NCBI GenBank assembly: GCA_945878135.1
Contig: CAMDUL010000010.1
Coordinates: 10,022 to 74,021, forward strand
Origin: Chthoniobacter flavus
GTDB lineage: Bacteria > Verrucomicrobiota > Verrucomicrobiia > Chthoniobacterales > JACTMZ01
Direction of reading: 5' to 3'
DNA length: 64,000 bases
Part shown: one piece after another, positions 39,231 through 48,274 of the stretch
Layout: each line of letters starts with the position of its first letter
How positions within the stretch are numbered: position 1 is the stretch's first letter
Program-made: the position numbers and the translations under genes
The notes under the pieces: generated by a model
The model's input: the letters and a program-made list of their open reading frames with translations, nothing else
What the model was told of the DNA's origin: nothing
The model's database searches: none

Positions 39231-41515
39231 GAGTCGTGGTTGCGGTCGGCGTGGAAGGCGGCGCTGGCGTTGTCGAGGGCCTTCATCTCGGCGAGGGCCA
39301 GCCAGAAAGAAAGGGTGGATTCGGCGCCTTGGTTTTGGTTCGCCCGGTTGGGGTGGAGTCCGTCACGACAACCCCCGGATGCCGCATCGTAAAGAATTTC
39401 GCCGAGGTCATTGGTGCCGAGGAACCAGTCGAAGCTGCGGGCGGCCTCGGCGCGCCAATGGCGGTCGCCGGTGGAGTTGAACGCTTCGATGCAGGCGCTC
39501 ACCGCGGCCGCCGCCTCGATCGGTTGCTGGTCGAACTCCGCCGGGGCGCTTCCCTTCTGCCAGAAGCCATTGGAGCCGACCGGACGGAAACAGCCGCCCT
39601 CGCCGCGTTGGTGATCCATGAGCCAGCGCAGGGAGCGGAGCCCGGCGTCGCGCATCTTGTCGTTGCCGGTCCAGCGTCCGGCCAGAATGAGCGCGTGGCT
39701 CAAGCGGGGATTGTCATAAGCGACGATGTCCTCGAACCACGGCCAGTCGTCCGTGGCGGTGCGTTGCCAAAGCTCGAAAAGACGGGTGGCAAGGTCTTCG
39801 CGGAGGCGTGCGGCGAGCAGGTCCCCGTCGAGGGTGCGGAGGTATTCGTGCAATCCGAGAACGGCGAAGGCCCAGGCGCGTGGCGAGCTGAAGGTGTCGA
39901 CGGCGGGAAGCGCTTCCTCGAAAAGCGGCGCGGCCCAGGCGCGCAGGCTTTCGCTGCGGGTGCGGCCGACGACGGCACCGAGGGCCCAGAGGGCGCGCCC
40001 GTGGCTGTCCTCCGACCCGTGTTGCTCGAGCCATTTGCGGTCGAAACTCATGAAATTGCGGAAGCGCGCGGTTTCGCGGACAAAAGCGTGCTGGAGGAAG
40101 GCGGCGTAGGCCGCGCGGGCGAGGCGGACTTCCGTCGGGCATTCGTCCAGTTCCTCGAGCAGGACGGAAAGGAGGAGGGCGCGGGCATTGTCGTCCGTGC
40201 AATAGCCGTGGTCGAACCAAGGCACGGTGAAAATGGCGTGCTGGAAGATCCCGGTGCTGTCGGTCATGCGCAGGAGGTGATCGAAGCGCCAGGGCGGGAG
40301 GTGGGAATGTTCGCCGAGTGCCGCGGCAGCTTTCGGTTGGTGGTTGCGCTGAATCTCGTAATGCTCGCAGGCATTGGCGAAGACGCCGGTGTAGGCCTTG
40401 GCCACTTCGGCCCAAACCATGTGGCGTCCGGAAAGGTAAGCCTGCTTGCGGATGGCGCTGAGGCTTTTCCCGTCGTCGAGCAGCGCGTTGACCGCGCCGG
40501 CCGCGGCGGCGGCGTCGCGGAAGGGGATAAGGGCCCCGGCACCGTCGGCCAGGAGCTCGGCGGCGTGCCAGTAGGGAGTGGAGACAACGGCTTTGCCCGC
40601 GCCGTAGCAGTAGGACAAGGTTCCGGAGGTGATCTGGGCTTCGTTCAGGTAGGGGGTGATGTAGATGTCGGCGGCGCCGATGTATTCGACCAGTTCCTCG
40701 CTCGAGACGTAGCGGTTGACGAAGATGACGTTTTTGTCCACCCCGAGCCGTCGGGCCATGCGTTCGAGTTGCAGGCGGTAATTCTCGCCCTCTTCGCGCA
40801 TCAGGTTCGGGTGCGTGGCGCCGAGCACGATGTAGACGAGTCGCGGATGGCGCGCGACGATCGCGGGCAAGGCCTGGATGACATACTCGATCCCTTTGTT
40901 GGGGGAGAGCAGACCGAAGGTGAGCATGACCGGCCGTCCGGCGACTTCAAACTGGTCTTTGTAGAAACTGGGGTCGGTGAAAGCGGTGTCGGGGATGCCG
41001 TGGGGAATGACGGAGAGCTTGCCCTCATCCACGCCGTAGAGGCTGAGGAGCATGCCGCGGGCGCGTTCGGCCATGACGACGACGCGGGAGGAAAGATCGA
41101 GGAGCTCGGTGAAGACACGGCGCTGGTCGGCATCGGGGTTTTCCAGCACGGTATGCAAAGTGGTGATAACAGGCATGCGCACCCGGCGGAGAAGGGCGAG
41201 CAAATGGCTGCCGGCCGCACCGCCGTAGATACCGAACTCGTGTTGCACGCAGAGGGCGTCCATGTGCGCGAGGTTGAGGAAGTTGGCCGCGCGGACGTAG
41301 GACGCCACGTCGGGTTGGGGGATTTCGAAGCGGACAGTTTCTGGGTAGGCGTAGGCGCCGGGCCGGTCGGACACGGCAATGACAGGACAGTTCCATCCGG
41401 GGTTGGCGGAAACAATCGAATCGCGCAGGTCGCGCGTGAAGGTGGCGATCCCGCACTGGCGCGGTGGATAGTCGCCGAGGAAGGCCACTTTGCTGACAAG
41501 AGACGGTGCAGCCAT
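39227..41515 (-). CDS. GT4 glycosyltransferase fused to a C-terminal six-hairpin-like domain
   Basis: PPRQCGIATF, QHEFGIYGG, FGLLSPNKG, QITSGTL; C-terminal GYCTDDNARAL, NQNQGAESTL. Confidence 0.92.
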   Translation of the reverse strand: MAAPSLVSKVAFLGDYPPRQCGIATFTRDLRDSIVSANPGWNCPVIAVSDRPGAYAYPETVRFEIPQPDVASYVRAANFLNLAHMDALCVQHEFGIYGGAAGSHLLALLRRVRMPVITTLHTVLENPDADQRRVFTELLDLSSRVVVMAERARGMLLSLYGVDEGKLSVIPHGIPDTAFTDPSFYKDQFEVAGRPVMLTFGLLSPNKGIEYVIQALPAIVARHPRLVYIVLGATHPNLMREEGENYRLQLERMARRLGVDKNVIFVNRYVSSEELVEYIGAADIYITPYLNEAQITSGTLSYCYGAGKAVVSTPYWHAAELLADGAGALIPFRDAAAAAGAVNALLDDGKSLSAIRKQAYLSGRHMVWAEVAKAYTGVFANACEHYEIQRNHQPKAAAALGEHSHLPPWRFDHLLRMTDSTGIFQHAIFTVPWFDHGYCTDDNARALLLSVLLEELDECPTEVRLARAAYAAFLQHAFVRETARFRNFMSFDRKWLEQHGSEDSHGRALWALGAVVGRTRSESLRAWAAPLFEEALPAVDTFSSPRAWAFAVLGLHEYLRTLDGDLLAARLREDLATRLFELWQRTATDDWPWFEDIVAYDNPRLSHALILAGRWTGNDKMRDAGLRSLRWLMDHQRGEGGCFRPVGSNGFWQKGSAPAEFDQQPIEAAAAVSACIEAFNSTGDRHWRAEAARSFDWFLGTNDLGEILYDAASGGCRDGLHPNRANQNQGAESTLSFWLALAEMKALDNASAAFHADRNHDS

Positions 41516-41605
41516 TCCCTGCATTGTGGTCGGGAGGGCCGAATGGCCAATGGTAAAATGCGAAGCTGCCGGGAGGCAGAAGTCGCCGGCCTCGCGCGGC
41601 CGCGT

Positions 41606-42337
41606 TCAATACCTGAGAACTTTGGCGAGGAAACGTCGCGCGCTTTCGGTCTCCGGGGCGGCGAAAAACTCGCCGGCAGGACCGTGTTCCGCCATCCGGC
41701 CGTCGGCGAGGAAAGCGATCTGGTCGGCGACGGTGCGGGCGAAGTTCATGGCATGGGTGACGAGGATGAAGGTGCGGCCCTCGGATTTGAGGTCGGCGAT
41801 GACTTCCAACACTTCGGCGGTCATTTCCGGATCGAGGGCGGAGGTGGGTTCGTCGAAGAGGAGAAGCTTCGGACGGATGGCCACGGCGCGGGCGATGGCG
41901 ACGCGTTGGCGTTGTCCGCCGGAGAGTTCGGCCGGACGTTTGTGGCCGTGGCCTTGGAGATGCAGACGTTCGAGAAGTTCTTCCGCGCGGCTGCGGGCTT
42001 CGTCGGGAGTCCGTCCGTGGACGGCGGTGAGGGGAAGCATGATATTGGCGAGGGCGTCGAGATGGGGAAAGAGGTTCCACGATTGGAAGACGGTGCCGAT
42101 GTTGCCGCGGTAGGCGCGAAGAGATTTCCCGGAAGCGGGCACGGGCTCGTGGTCGACGGTGATGGATCCCGCCTCGGGTGACTCCAACCCGCCGATGAGG
42201 CGCAGCAGGGTGGACTTGCCGCCACCGGAGGGGCCGAGCAAAGCGAGCACGTGCGGAAAATCGAGCGTCGCCGTGATATCGTCGATCACGGTGTGATCGC
42301 CGTAGCGCTTGGTGAGATGCTGCAACTCCAGTCGCAT
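41606..42337 (-). CDS. Polar amino acid ABC transporter ATP-binding protein
   Basis: GPSGGGKST, LSGGQRQR, FDEPTSALDPE. Confidence 0.95.
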   Translation of the reverse strand: MRLELQHLTKRYGDHTVIDDITATLDFPHVLALLGPSGGGKSTLLRLIGGLESPEAGSITVDHEPVPASGKSLRAYRGNIGTVFQSWNLFPHLDALANIMLPLTAVHGRTPDEARSRAEELLERLHLQGHGHKRPAELSGGQRQRVAIARAVAIRPKLLLFDEPTSALDPEMTAEVLEVIADLKSEGRTFILVTHAMNFARTVADQIAFLADGRMAEHGPAGEFFAAPETESARRFLAKVLRY

Positions 42338-42342
42338 TGCTA

Positions 42343-42451
42343 GTTGAGGGTTGAGGGTTGAAGGTTGAGGGTTTGGCGGGTCCGGCGGTCATAGACCGCC
42401 GCTACAAGTGGAGGATATTTTCTCTCAACTCTCATCGCTCAACCCTCAACT
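42343..42451. repeat. Heptamer (GTTGAGG)n array, REP and inverted heptamer array
   Basis: Four GTTGAGG-like units 42343-42370; family-1 REP 42383-42406; CCTCAAC-like units 42421-42451. Confidence 0.8.
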
Positions 42452-42456
42452 GTTCT

Positions 42457-43203
42457 TCACGTTTCATAGCGGAACTTGTGCTCGAGATACCGGGCCAGAA
42501 TGGAAACGGGGAGAGTCAAAGCGAGGTAGCCGATGGCGAGGGGAAGATAGCTTTCCAGCGTGCTGTAAGTGGCGGAGTTGACTTGTTGGGCCGCGAGGGT
42601 GAATTCGCTGATGCCGAGGATGGAGAGGAGGGAACTGTCCTTGATGATCGAGGCGGCTTGTCCGGCCAGCGGGGGCATGACGTGCCGGATGGCCTGGGGG
42701 AAAATGACATGGCGGTAGGTTTGCCAGCGGGTCAGGCCGATGGCGCGGGCGGATTCGAGTTGCGATTTGCCGATGCTTTCGATCCCCGCGCGGATCATTT
42801 CGGCGATGTAGGCGCCGCTGAAGACGGCAAGAATGACGATTCCGGCGGTGTAGCGGTTTTGCAGACCGACCGCATCGGCCACGACGTAGAAGAGGATGAG
42901 AAGCTGGACGAGCAGCGGGGTTCCGCGGATGAGTTCGACGTAGCCGGTGGCGAGCCAGCGCAACGCGGGATACGGCGCGCGGCGTCCGAGGGCGGCGAGG
43001 AGTCCGAGCAAGACGCTGAGCACGAGGGCGGCCGCGGAAATCCAGATGGTGTTGAGCCAGCCGCGCCAGAAGACTTCGCGGTAGGCCCAGACGCCGGACC
43101 AGTTCCAGCTGAGCGCTTGCAGGATGGCGAAGCAAACGGCAGCGAGCAGGGCGGCGCCGAGGAGGACGGAGATGACCGCGTTGATGGTGTGGTGGCGGGT
43201 CAT
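42457..43203 (-). CDS. Polar amino acid ABC transporter permease
   Basis: YVELIRGTPLLVQL, AYIAEMIRAGI, Q.ESARAIG, IKDSSL. Confidence 0.93.
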   Translation of the reverse strand: MTRHHTINAVISVLLGAALLAAVCFAILQALSWNWSGVWAYREVFWRGWLNTIWISAAALVLSVLLGLLAALGRRAPYPALRWLATGYVELIRGTPLLVQLLILFYVVADAVGLQNRYTAGIVILAVFSGAYIAEMIRAGIESIGKSQLESARAIGLTRWQTYRHVIFPQAIRHVMPPLAGQAASIIKDSSLLSILGISEFTLAAQQVNSATYSTLESYLPLAIGYLALTLPVSILARYLEHKFRYET

Positions 43204-43216
43204 GGCGAAGCGCAAC

Positions 43217-43240
43217 CGGCGGACATAGTCCGCCGCTACA
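43217..43240 (-). repeat. GTAG-type REP, family 1
   Basis: Minus strand TGTAG-CGGCGGAC-TAT-GTCCGCCG, overlapping the mazG stop. Confidence 0.8.
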
Positions 43241-44030
43241 ATTTGTGGGATTTGGCGGTGGCCCAAAGACCCTCGAGTTCTCCGGGTGTCAGGTCCTCCA
43301 GCTTTTGGTTCTCGGCGGCGGCGGAGGTTTCCATGTGTTGGAAGCGGGCGACGAACCGCTGGTTGGCGTGTTCGAGGGCCAGTTCGGGTTCGATGCCGAG
43401 CTTGCGGGCCATGTTCACCGCGGTGAAAAGGAGGTCGCCGAGTTCGTGTTCGAGGGCTTTGCGGTCGCCGGATTCGATTTCGACCGCGAGTTCGGCGAGC
43501 TCTTCACGGAATTTGTCGATGACTCCGGCGGTGTCCGGCCAGTCGAAGCCGACGCGGGCGGCCTTCTTCTGGATGTTGGCCGCGCGGATGAGGGCGGGGA
43601 GGGCGCGCGGGATGCCGTCCATGATCGAGGCGCGTGCGCCTTTTTCCTGCCGCTTGATCTGCTCCCATTGGCGGAGGACGGCCTGGGTGTCGGCGGCGTC
43701 GACGTCGCCGAAGACGTGGGGATGCCGGCGGATGAGCTTCTCGCACGTCTCGCGGGCGGCGTCCTCCAAAGTGAAGGCTCCGCGTTCGGCGGCGAGATCG
43801 GTGTGGAAGACGACCTGGAGGAGAAGATCCCCGAGTTCCTCGCGGAGGTTGGCGTCGTCCGCGTTGCTGATGGCGTCGATCGTCTCGCAGGCTTCCTCGA
43901 GGAGTCCGGCGCGGAGGGATTCGTGGGTTTGCTCGCGGTCCCAAGGACAACCTTCCGGCGAGCGGAGGAGGCTGACGATGGCGCGGAGGCGGGCGACGGG
44001 TTCGGCCGGGAGATTTTCTAGATGCGCCAT
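43236..44030 (-). CDS. mazG: Nucleoside triphosphate pyrophosphohydrolase MazG
   Basis: GCPWDREQT, EELGDLLLQVVFH, KLIRRHPHVF, GFDW, ELGDLLF. Confidence 0.95.
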   Translation of the reverse strand: MAHLENLPAEPVARLRAIVSLLRSPEGCPWDREQTHESLRAGLLEEACETIDAISNADDANLREELGDLLLQVVFHTDLAAERGAFTLEDAARETCEKLIRRHPHVFGDVDAADTQAVLRQWEQIKRQEKGARASIMDGIPRALPALIRAANIQKKAARVGFDWPDTAGVIDKFREELAELAVEIESGDRKALEHELGDLLFTAVNMARKLGIEPELALEHANQRFVARFQHMETSAAAENQKLEDLTPGELEGLWATAKSHKL

Positions 44031-44719
44031 TGCTCCTTGTGGCTGCCGCGGAGGTCGGTCACTTCACCGGCGCTATTGACCGAGACATACCAGGTCAGGG
44101 CGGTGGCTGCGAGGATGGTGACGAGGAGGACGCCGCCCACAAGCCATGCGGGGAGTTCGCCCACCGCGAGCGCCTGGTAGAAGGCGGACCACGAGTCGAT
44201 GGGCGGGCTGGCGTGCATGAAGATTTTGGTCATCCACGCGACGATAATGATGGCGATGATGAAAACGTAGTTCCGTTTGAGCCGGCGACCGACCGCCTCC
44301 AGTTTGCTGATCTTGAAAGAAGGGAGGATGAGATCCTCGCAGACCAGCTTTTGCCAGTCGCCGCCGAGGAGCTTGGGATTGCGGGAAACCGTGGCGACAA
44401 GGAAGTGGGACTCGATCATGCGGACACGGCCGCGGAAGGCGTCATAGAAGCGGTAACGCCGCGCTTCGATCCACAGCATCATCCAGACGATGACGAGATT
44501 GAAAAAGAAGATGATGTGGGGGATGTCGCGGAAGGAGAAGGCCACGGTGACGATGGTGGTGGTGCTGGTGATGGCCCAGGTGGTGGTGATGTCGAGGCGC
44601 TGGCGCCAGACCATGATGCGTCCGAGTTCGCCGCGGTAAAAGTGGGCCATGGCGTTGACGTAGCACGGGTCGTGCAACTCGTCGCCGTTGGTGCGGGTGA
44701 TGGAGCGGTCGCTGTCCAT
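44018..44719 (-). CDS. DUF2270-like membrane protein
   Basis: AHFYRGE..R...WRQRLD.TTTWA, EARRYRFYD. Confidence 0.8.
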   Translation of the reverse strand: MDSDRSITRTNGDELHDPCYVNAMAHFYRGELGRIMVWRQRLDITTTWAITSTTTIVTVAFSFRDIPHIIFFFNLVIVWMMLWIEARRYRFYDAFRGRVRMIESHFLVATVSRNPKLLGGDWQKLVCEDLILPSFKISKLEAVGRRLKRNYVFIIAIIIVAWMTKIFMHASPPIDSWSAFYQALAVGELPAWLVGGVLLVTILAATALTWYVSVNSAGEVTDLRGSHKEQWRI

Positions 44720-44723
44720 GGGA

Positions 44724-45560
44724 TCAGCGCCGCTCCCGTTCGAGCAGGAGCGCGCGGGCCCGCTCGAGTTGCTCGCGCTCGCGCCGGGTCAGGCTGGCGA
44801 GCCCGTCGCGGGAAATTTTCTCGAGCAGCGGATCGATGATGCGGTGGGGGTCGACGGGTTCGGAGTCGGGGTCCTTGACCACGCGCAAGCGCGGGCGGCC
44901 GGCGCGTCCGGCAGCGGGGCGGAGGCGGGACATGAACTCGAGCTTCATTGCCGAGCCGTGACGGATGGCATAGTAGGCGAGGAAAGCGGTGGCGAGGAGC
45001 ACAAGCATCTGGGGCCAATCCCGCCCGGCGAGGAGTTGGAGGGAGGAAAGTCCGAGCAGGACCCAGGCGAAAACCTTGGCCGGGATCTGGAAGAGAAGTT
45101 GGGCACCCGGGTAGAGCGCGGCAAAGGCGAGGAAGACGGCGAAGTTCGCCCACCCGTGGGAGAGGGTGAAGATCTGGCCGGTGACCAGCGCCGTCGCGAG
45201 CAGCAGCGAGGGGCCGAGGAGCAGGAAGCCGAGGTAGAGACGGACGAATCCCTTGCGCCCGAGGTATTGCTCCACGTCGCGGCCGAAGATGTAGACCATG
45301 ACCAGCGAGATGATGAACCAAGGGTCGGGCGGATTGACGAAAGCGTAGGTGAAGCAGCGCCAGATTTCCCCGTGGCGGAGGGCGTCTTCGGTATTGAACC
45401 GGAATTTCTCGAGGAGTCCGTCGGCGCCGGAAGCCAGCGCGACAGCGACCCCGATCATGGAGAGGACATAGAGAGCCACGATGATGGTCGTGGCATAGAC
45501 CGGAACACGGCCGACCCAAGTGATTGGATCATAGTTTTCGGAGCTGCGGTGGGTGATCAC
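44724..45560 (-). CDS. Rhomboid-like intramembrane protein
   Basis: GEIWRCFTYAF, multiple TM helices, C-terminal IDPLLEKISRDGLASLT. Confidence 0.75.
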   Translation of the reverse strand: MITHRSSENYDPITWVGRVPVYATTIIVALYVLSMIGVAVALASGADGLLEKFRFNTEDALRHGEIWRCFTYAFVNPPDPWFIISLVMVYIFGRDVEQYLGRKGFVRLYLGFLLLGPSLLLATALVTGQIFTLSHGWANFAVFLAFAALYPGAQLLFQIPAKVFAWVLLGLSSLQLLAGRDWPQMLVLLATAFLAYYAIRHGSAMKLEFMSRLRPAAGRAGRPRLRVVKDPDSEPVDPHRIIDPLLEKISRDGLASLTRREREQLERARALLLERERR

Positions 45561-45573
45561 GGGGAAAGCCAGA

Positions 45574-46293
45574 CTAGCGGCGTTCGGGCGGGTGGACAAG
45601 GGGAAGAGGGTTCAGTGATGTTGAGTCGGTCAGGCGCCTGATGGGTTTGAAGTAGGCGGTCATTTGGTCGGCGGGTAGCCGGGCGGCCGTGCCGTCCGTG
45701 GCGAAAACGCGGTCCCAGCAGCGCTCGAAACAGTGGGGGGCGAGGGGGAAGTCGGAGGCCATGACCCCGGCGCGGCGGTAAAAGTCCGCGGTCCGGCGCC
45801 GGGCGGCCTCGCGGGTCACCGCGAACTGGGCGCCGACGAAGAAGCGGTAAAGCTCGGGGCCGGGTTGCCCGAACAGCTGTTGGTGAAAGTCATCGAGCGG
45901 CAATTCGGTGCGGTCGGGGTTTTTGCTCCACGGGACGAAGAGACGCCGCCCGCGCGCGTCGTCGGTATCGGCGAGGAATCCCAGCCAATGGAAGTCGGCA
46001 ACGGATTCGCGTTCTTCGGCCAAAGCGCGGAGGCGAGCGTGCAGATCGGGCGCGTGGTCGAACGGATGGCCTTGGACGAACACGGTTACATCCGCGAGCG
46101 TCTCGTATCGCCCGGTGAGATGATGGAGGTAGGTGTGTGCTTCCCGGCCGATGTTCGGGAGGGTGGTGGCGTTCGGGATGTCCTCGCCTTTGTTGTAGAG
46201 CGTGACGCTGAATTCCCCCGGCACGCGGCGCAGCCAGGCCAAATCCTCGGTGTGCCGTGCGACGACGAGTTCAAGTCGCGGCGGGGTTTTCAA
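45574..46293 (-). CDS. DUF3431-like protein
   Basis: LVVARHTEDLAW, LPNIGREAHTYLHH, FVQGHPFDH, GAQFAV, FERCW. Confidence 0.8.
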   Translation of the reverse strand: MKTPPRLELVVARHTEDLAWLRRVPGEFSVTLYNKGEDIPNATTLPNIGREAHTYLHHLTGRYETLADVTVFVQGHPFDHAPDLHARLRALAEERESVADFHWLGFLADTDDARGRRLFVPWSKNPDRTELPLDDFHQQLFGQPGPELYRFFVGAQFAVTREAARRRTADFYRRAGVMASDFPLAPHCFERCWDRVFATDGTAARLPADQMTAYFKPIRRLTDSTSLNPLPLVHPPERR

Positions 46294-47279
46294 TTGATTC
46301 GGGAGGTAGGGACACGCGGCTCGCGTGTCCGTGTTGCTGCGGGCGGACGAGCGGGCTGCTCGTTCCTACCTTGGTTGGTAAAGAACTCGGCGGCGATGGT
46401 GATCGTGTTGGCGTGCAGGCGGGCGGTCATTCCCGGCGCGCGGTGGTAGCCGCCGCCGTAGAGGACGGCCACGGGAAGATCTCGCTGCCGGCACCAATCG
46501 ACGACAAACCGGTCGCGGGTGGCCATGTGCCCGGTGGTCAATCGCATCTGGCCGAAGCGGTCGTTTTCGTGGACGTCGGCACCGGAGATCCAGATGACGA
46601 GACCGGCGGGAAACCGGTCGAGCGCGGACGGGAGGGTGTCGGCGAGGGCGGCGAGGTAGTCGTCGCCCGAGACCTCGCGGGGGAGTCCGACGTCGAGGTC
46701 GCCGGGTTCCTTGGCGCTGGGGTAATTTCGTTCGCCGTGGATCGAGTAGGTGAAGACGCGTTCGTCAGCGCGGAAAATGCAATGGGTCCCGTTGCCTTGG
46801 TGCGCATCGGTGTCGGCGACGAAAATGCGAAGGTCCGGTTGCCTCTCGTGCAGGTCGCGGATGGCGACAGCGACATCATTGAGCACGCAATAGCCGAGGC
46901 CGCGCTCGGGGAAAGCGTGATGCGTGCCGCCGGCCAGGTTGGCGGCCATGCCGTGGGCGAGCGCGTGATGGCAGGCGGCGACGGTGGCGGCGGTTTCGAG
47001 GGAGGACCGGCGGAGCAGGCGCGGTTGCCAGGGGAGTCCAAGCTTGTGGACCTCGGTGTTGTCGAGGGTGCCGTGGGCCAGTTTGAGGAGATAGTCGCTG
47101 GTGTGGACGCGGAGGAGCTGGCGGTTCGAAGCCGGTGCGACCGGGCTAATCCGGACGGGTGCATTTTCCGCGACGAGCAGGTCGTGGGCCTGCGGGAATT
47201 TTTCCATGGGGAATGCATGGCCGGGCGGAAGGGGCAGGAAAAATTCCGGATGGTAAAAGCAGCGCAGGCGCGGCGGCAT
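46290..47279 (-). CDS. Histone deacetylase family protein
   Basis: HAFPMEKF, GGTHHA, GYCVLND, DTDAHQGNGT, GADV...D, GGGY. Confidence 0.93.
   Translation of the reverse strand: MPPRLRCFYHPEFFLPLPPGHAFPMEKFPQAHDLLVAENAPVRISPVAPASNRQLLRVHTSDYLLKLAHGTLDNTEVHKLGLPWQPRLLRRSSLETAATVAACHHALAHGMAANLAGGTHHAFPERGLGYCVLNDVAVAIRDLHERQPDLRIFVADTDAHQGNGTHCIFRADERVFTYSIHGERNYPSAKEPGDLDVGLPREVSGDDYLAALADTLPSALDRFPAGLVIWISGADVHENDRFGQMRLTTGHMATRDRFVVDWCRQRDLPVAVLYGGGYHRAPGMTARLHANTITIAAEFFTNQGRNEQPARPPAATRTREPRVPTSRIN
46305..46370. repeat. REPIN-like inverted REP pair, family 2
   Basis: GGTAGGGACACGCGGCTCGCGTGTCCG...CGGACGAGCGGGCTGCTCGTTCCTACC; similar copy at 56189-56253. Confidence 0.8.
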
Positions 47280-47341
47280 GGAGGAAAGGATGCAAGGAGG
47301 GGGTTGGCGCGGCAAACCATCTGATGCATCTTGGCGACGGC

Positions 47342-48229
47342 ATGGATTGGATCTCCCGCGACCAATGGACTGATCGGGCCCGGGAAAACACGGACGCCCA
47401 CCGGCTGGCGAGCGGGAGAGATGGATATTTGGACCGCTACGGGGACTGGATCGTGTGGAGCGGTGGCCAAGCGCCCCGGGTGGAGGTTTTGCGCGGGGAG
47501 TTGCTCGGACATTTCGGGTTCGCGCCGCGGGGGTATCTGGGACGCGAGTTGGTGCGAAAGGCTTCGGAACAAAGGCCGGCGGAATTGCTCGCCGGGGAGG
47601 AGCCCGGGAAGATCGTGGTGCGCGAGAACGGGTTTTCCTACGAAGTCGAACCGGCCTCCGGGTATTCGTCGGGCTTGTTTTTGGACCAGCGGCTGAATCG
47701 CCATTGGGTGGCCGCGCTCGGATCGAAGCGCATGCTCAATCTATTTGCCTACACGTGCAGCTTCACGGTCTGCGCCGCGGCGGGAGGCGCGGAAACGTGC
47801 AGCGTGGATGCGGCGAAGCGTGTGCTGGGGTGCGGGCGGGAAAATTTGCAACGTAACGGGATCGATCCGGCGGACGGCCACCGGTTTTTGGCCGACGATG
47901 CGGTGAAAGTCGTGCCGCGTCTGGCCAAGCGGGGGGAGACTTTCGATCTCATCGTGCTCGATCCGCCGACCTTCGGACGTGCGGATGGCCGGGTCTTCCG
48001 GATCGAGAAAGATTTGTCCGGGTTGGTCCGCGACTGTTTCGAGATCCTTGCTCCGGGCGGATGGTTGCTGGTCTCCGCCAATTACGCGGAATGGGATGCG
48101 CGGGACTTGCGTGCGGTCTGCGAGGAGTCGTTGGGGGGAGCACGGTTCGCGATAGAAGCAGGACAGCTTCCCGCCGAGATCCCGCACGGGGCCGTTTCGT
48201 GGCGTTTACGGAAGTCCGGACCGGAGTGA
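47342..48229 (+). CDS. SAM-dependent methyltransferase (RlmI/RlmK-like)
   Basis: SGLFLDQR.NR, LNLFAYTCSF, IVLDPPTF. Confidence 0.88.
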   Translation: MDWISRDQWTDRARENTDAHRLASGRDGYLDRYGDWIVWSGGQAPRVEVLRGELLGHFGFAPRGYLGRELVRKASEQRPAELLAGEEPGKIVVRENGFSYEVEPASGYSSGLFLDQRLNRHWVAALGSKRMLNLFAYTCSFTVCAAAGGAETCSVDAAKRVLGCGRENLQRNGIDPADGHRFLADDAVKVVPRLAKRGETFDLIVLDPPTFGRADGRVFRIEKDLSGLVRDCFEILAPGGWLLVSANYAEWDARDLRAVCEESLGGARFAIEAGQLPAEIPHGAVSWRLRKSGPE

Positions 48230-48274
48230 CGGATTGGCGTTGCCGGCCGGCGGACCGGGGAGAACAATCACGGC

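Noticed and set aside
42343-42451. Possible CRISPR array
   Set aside because: Units are 7 bp with no unique spacers, and no cas genes are in the window
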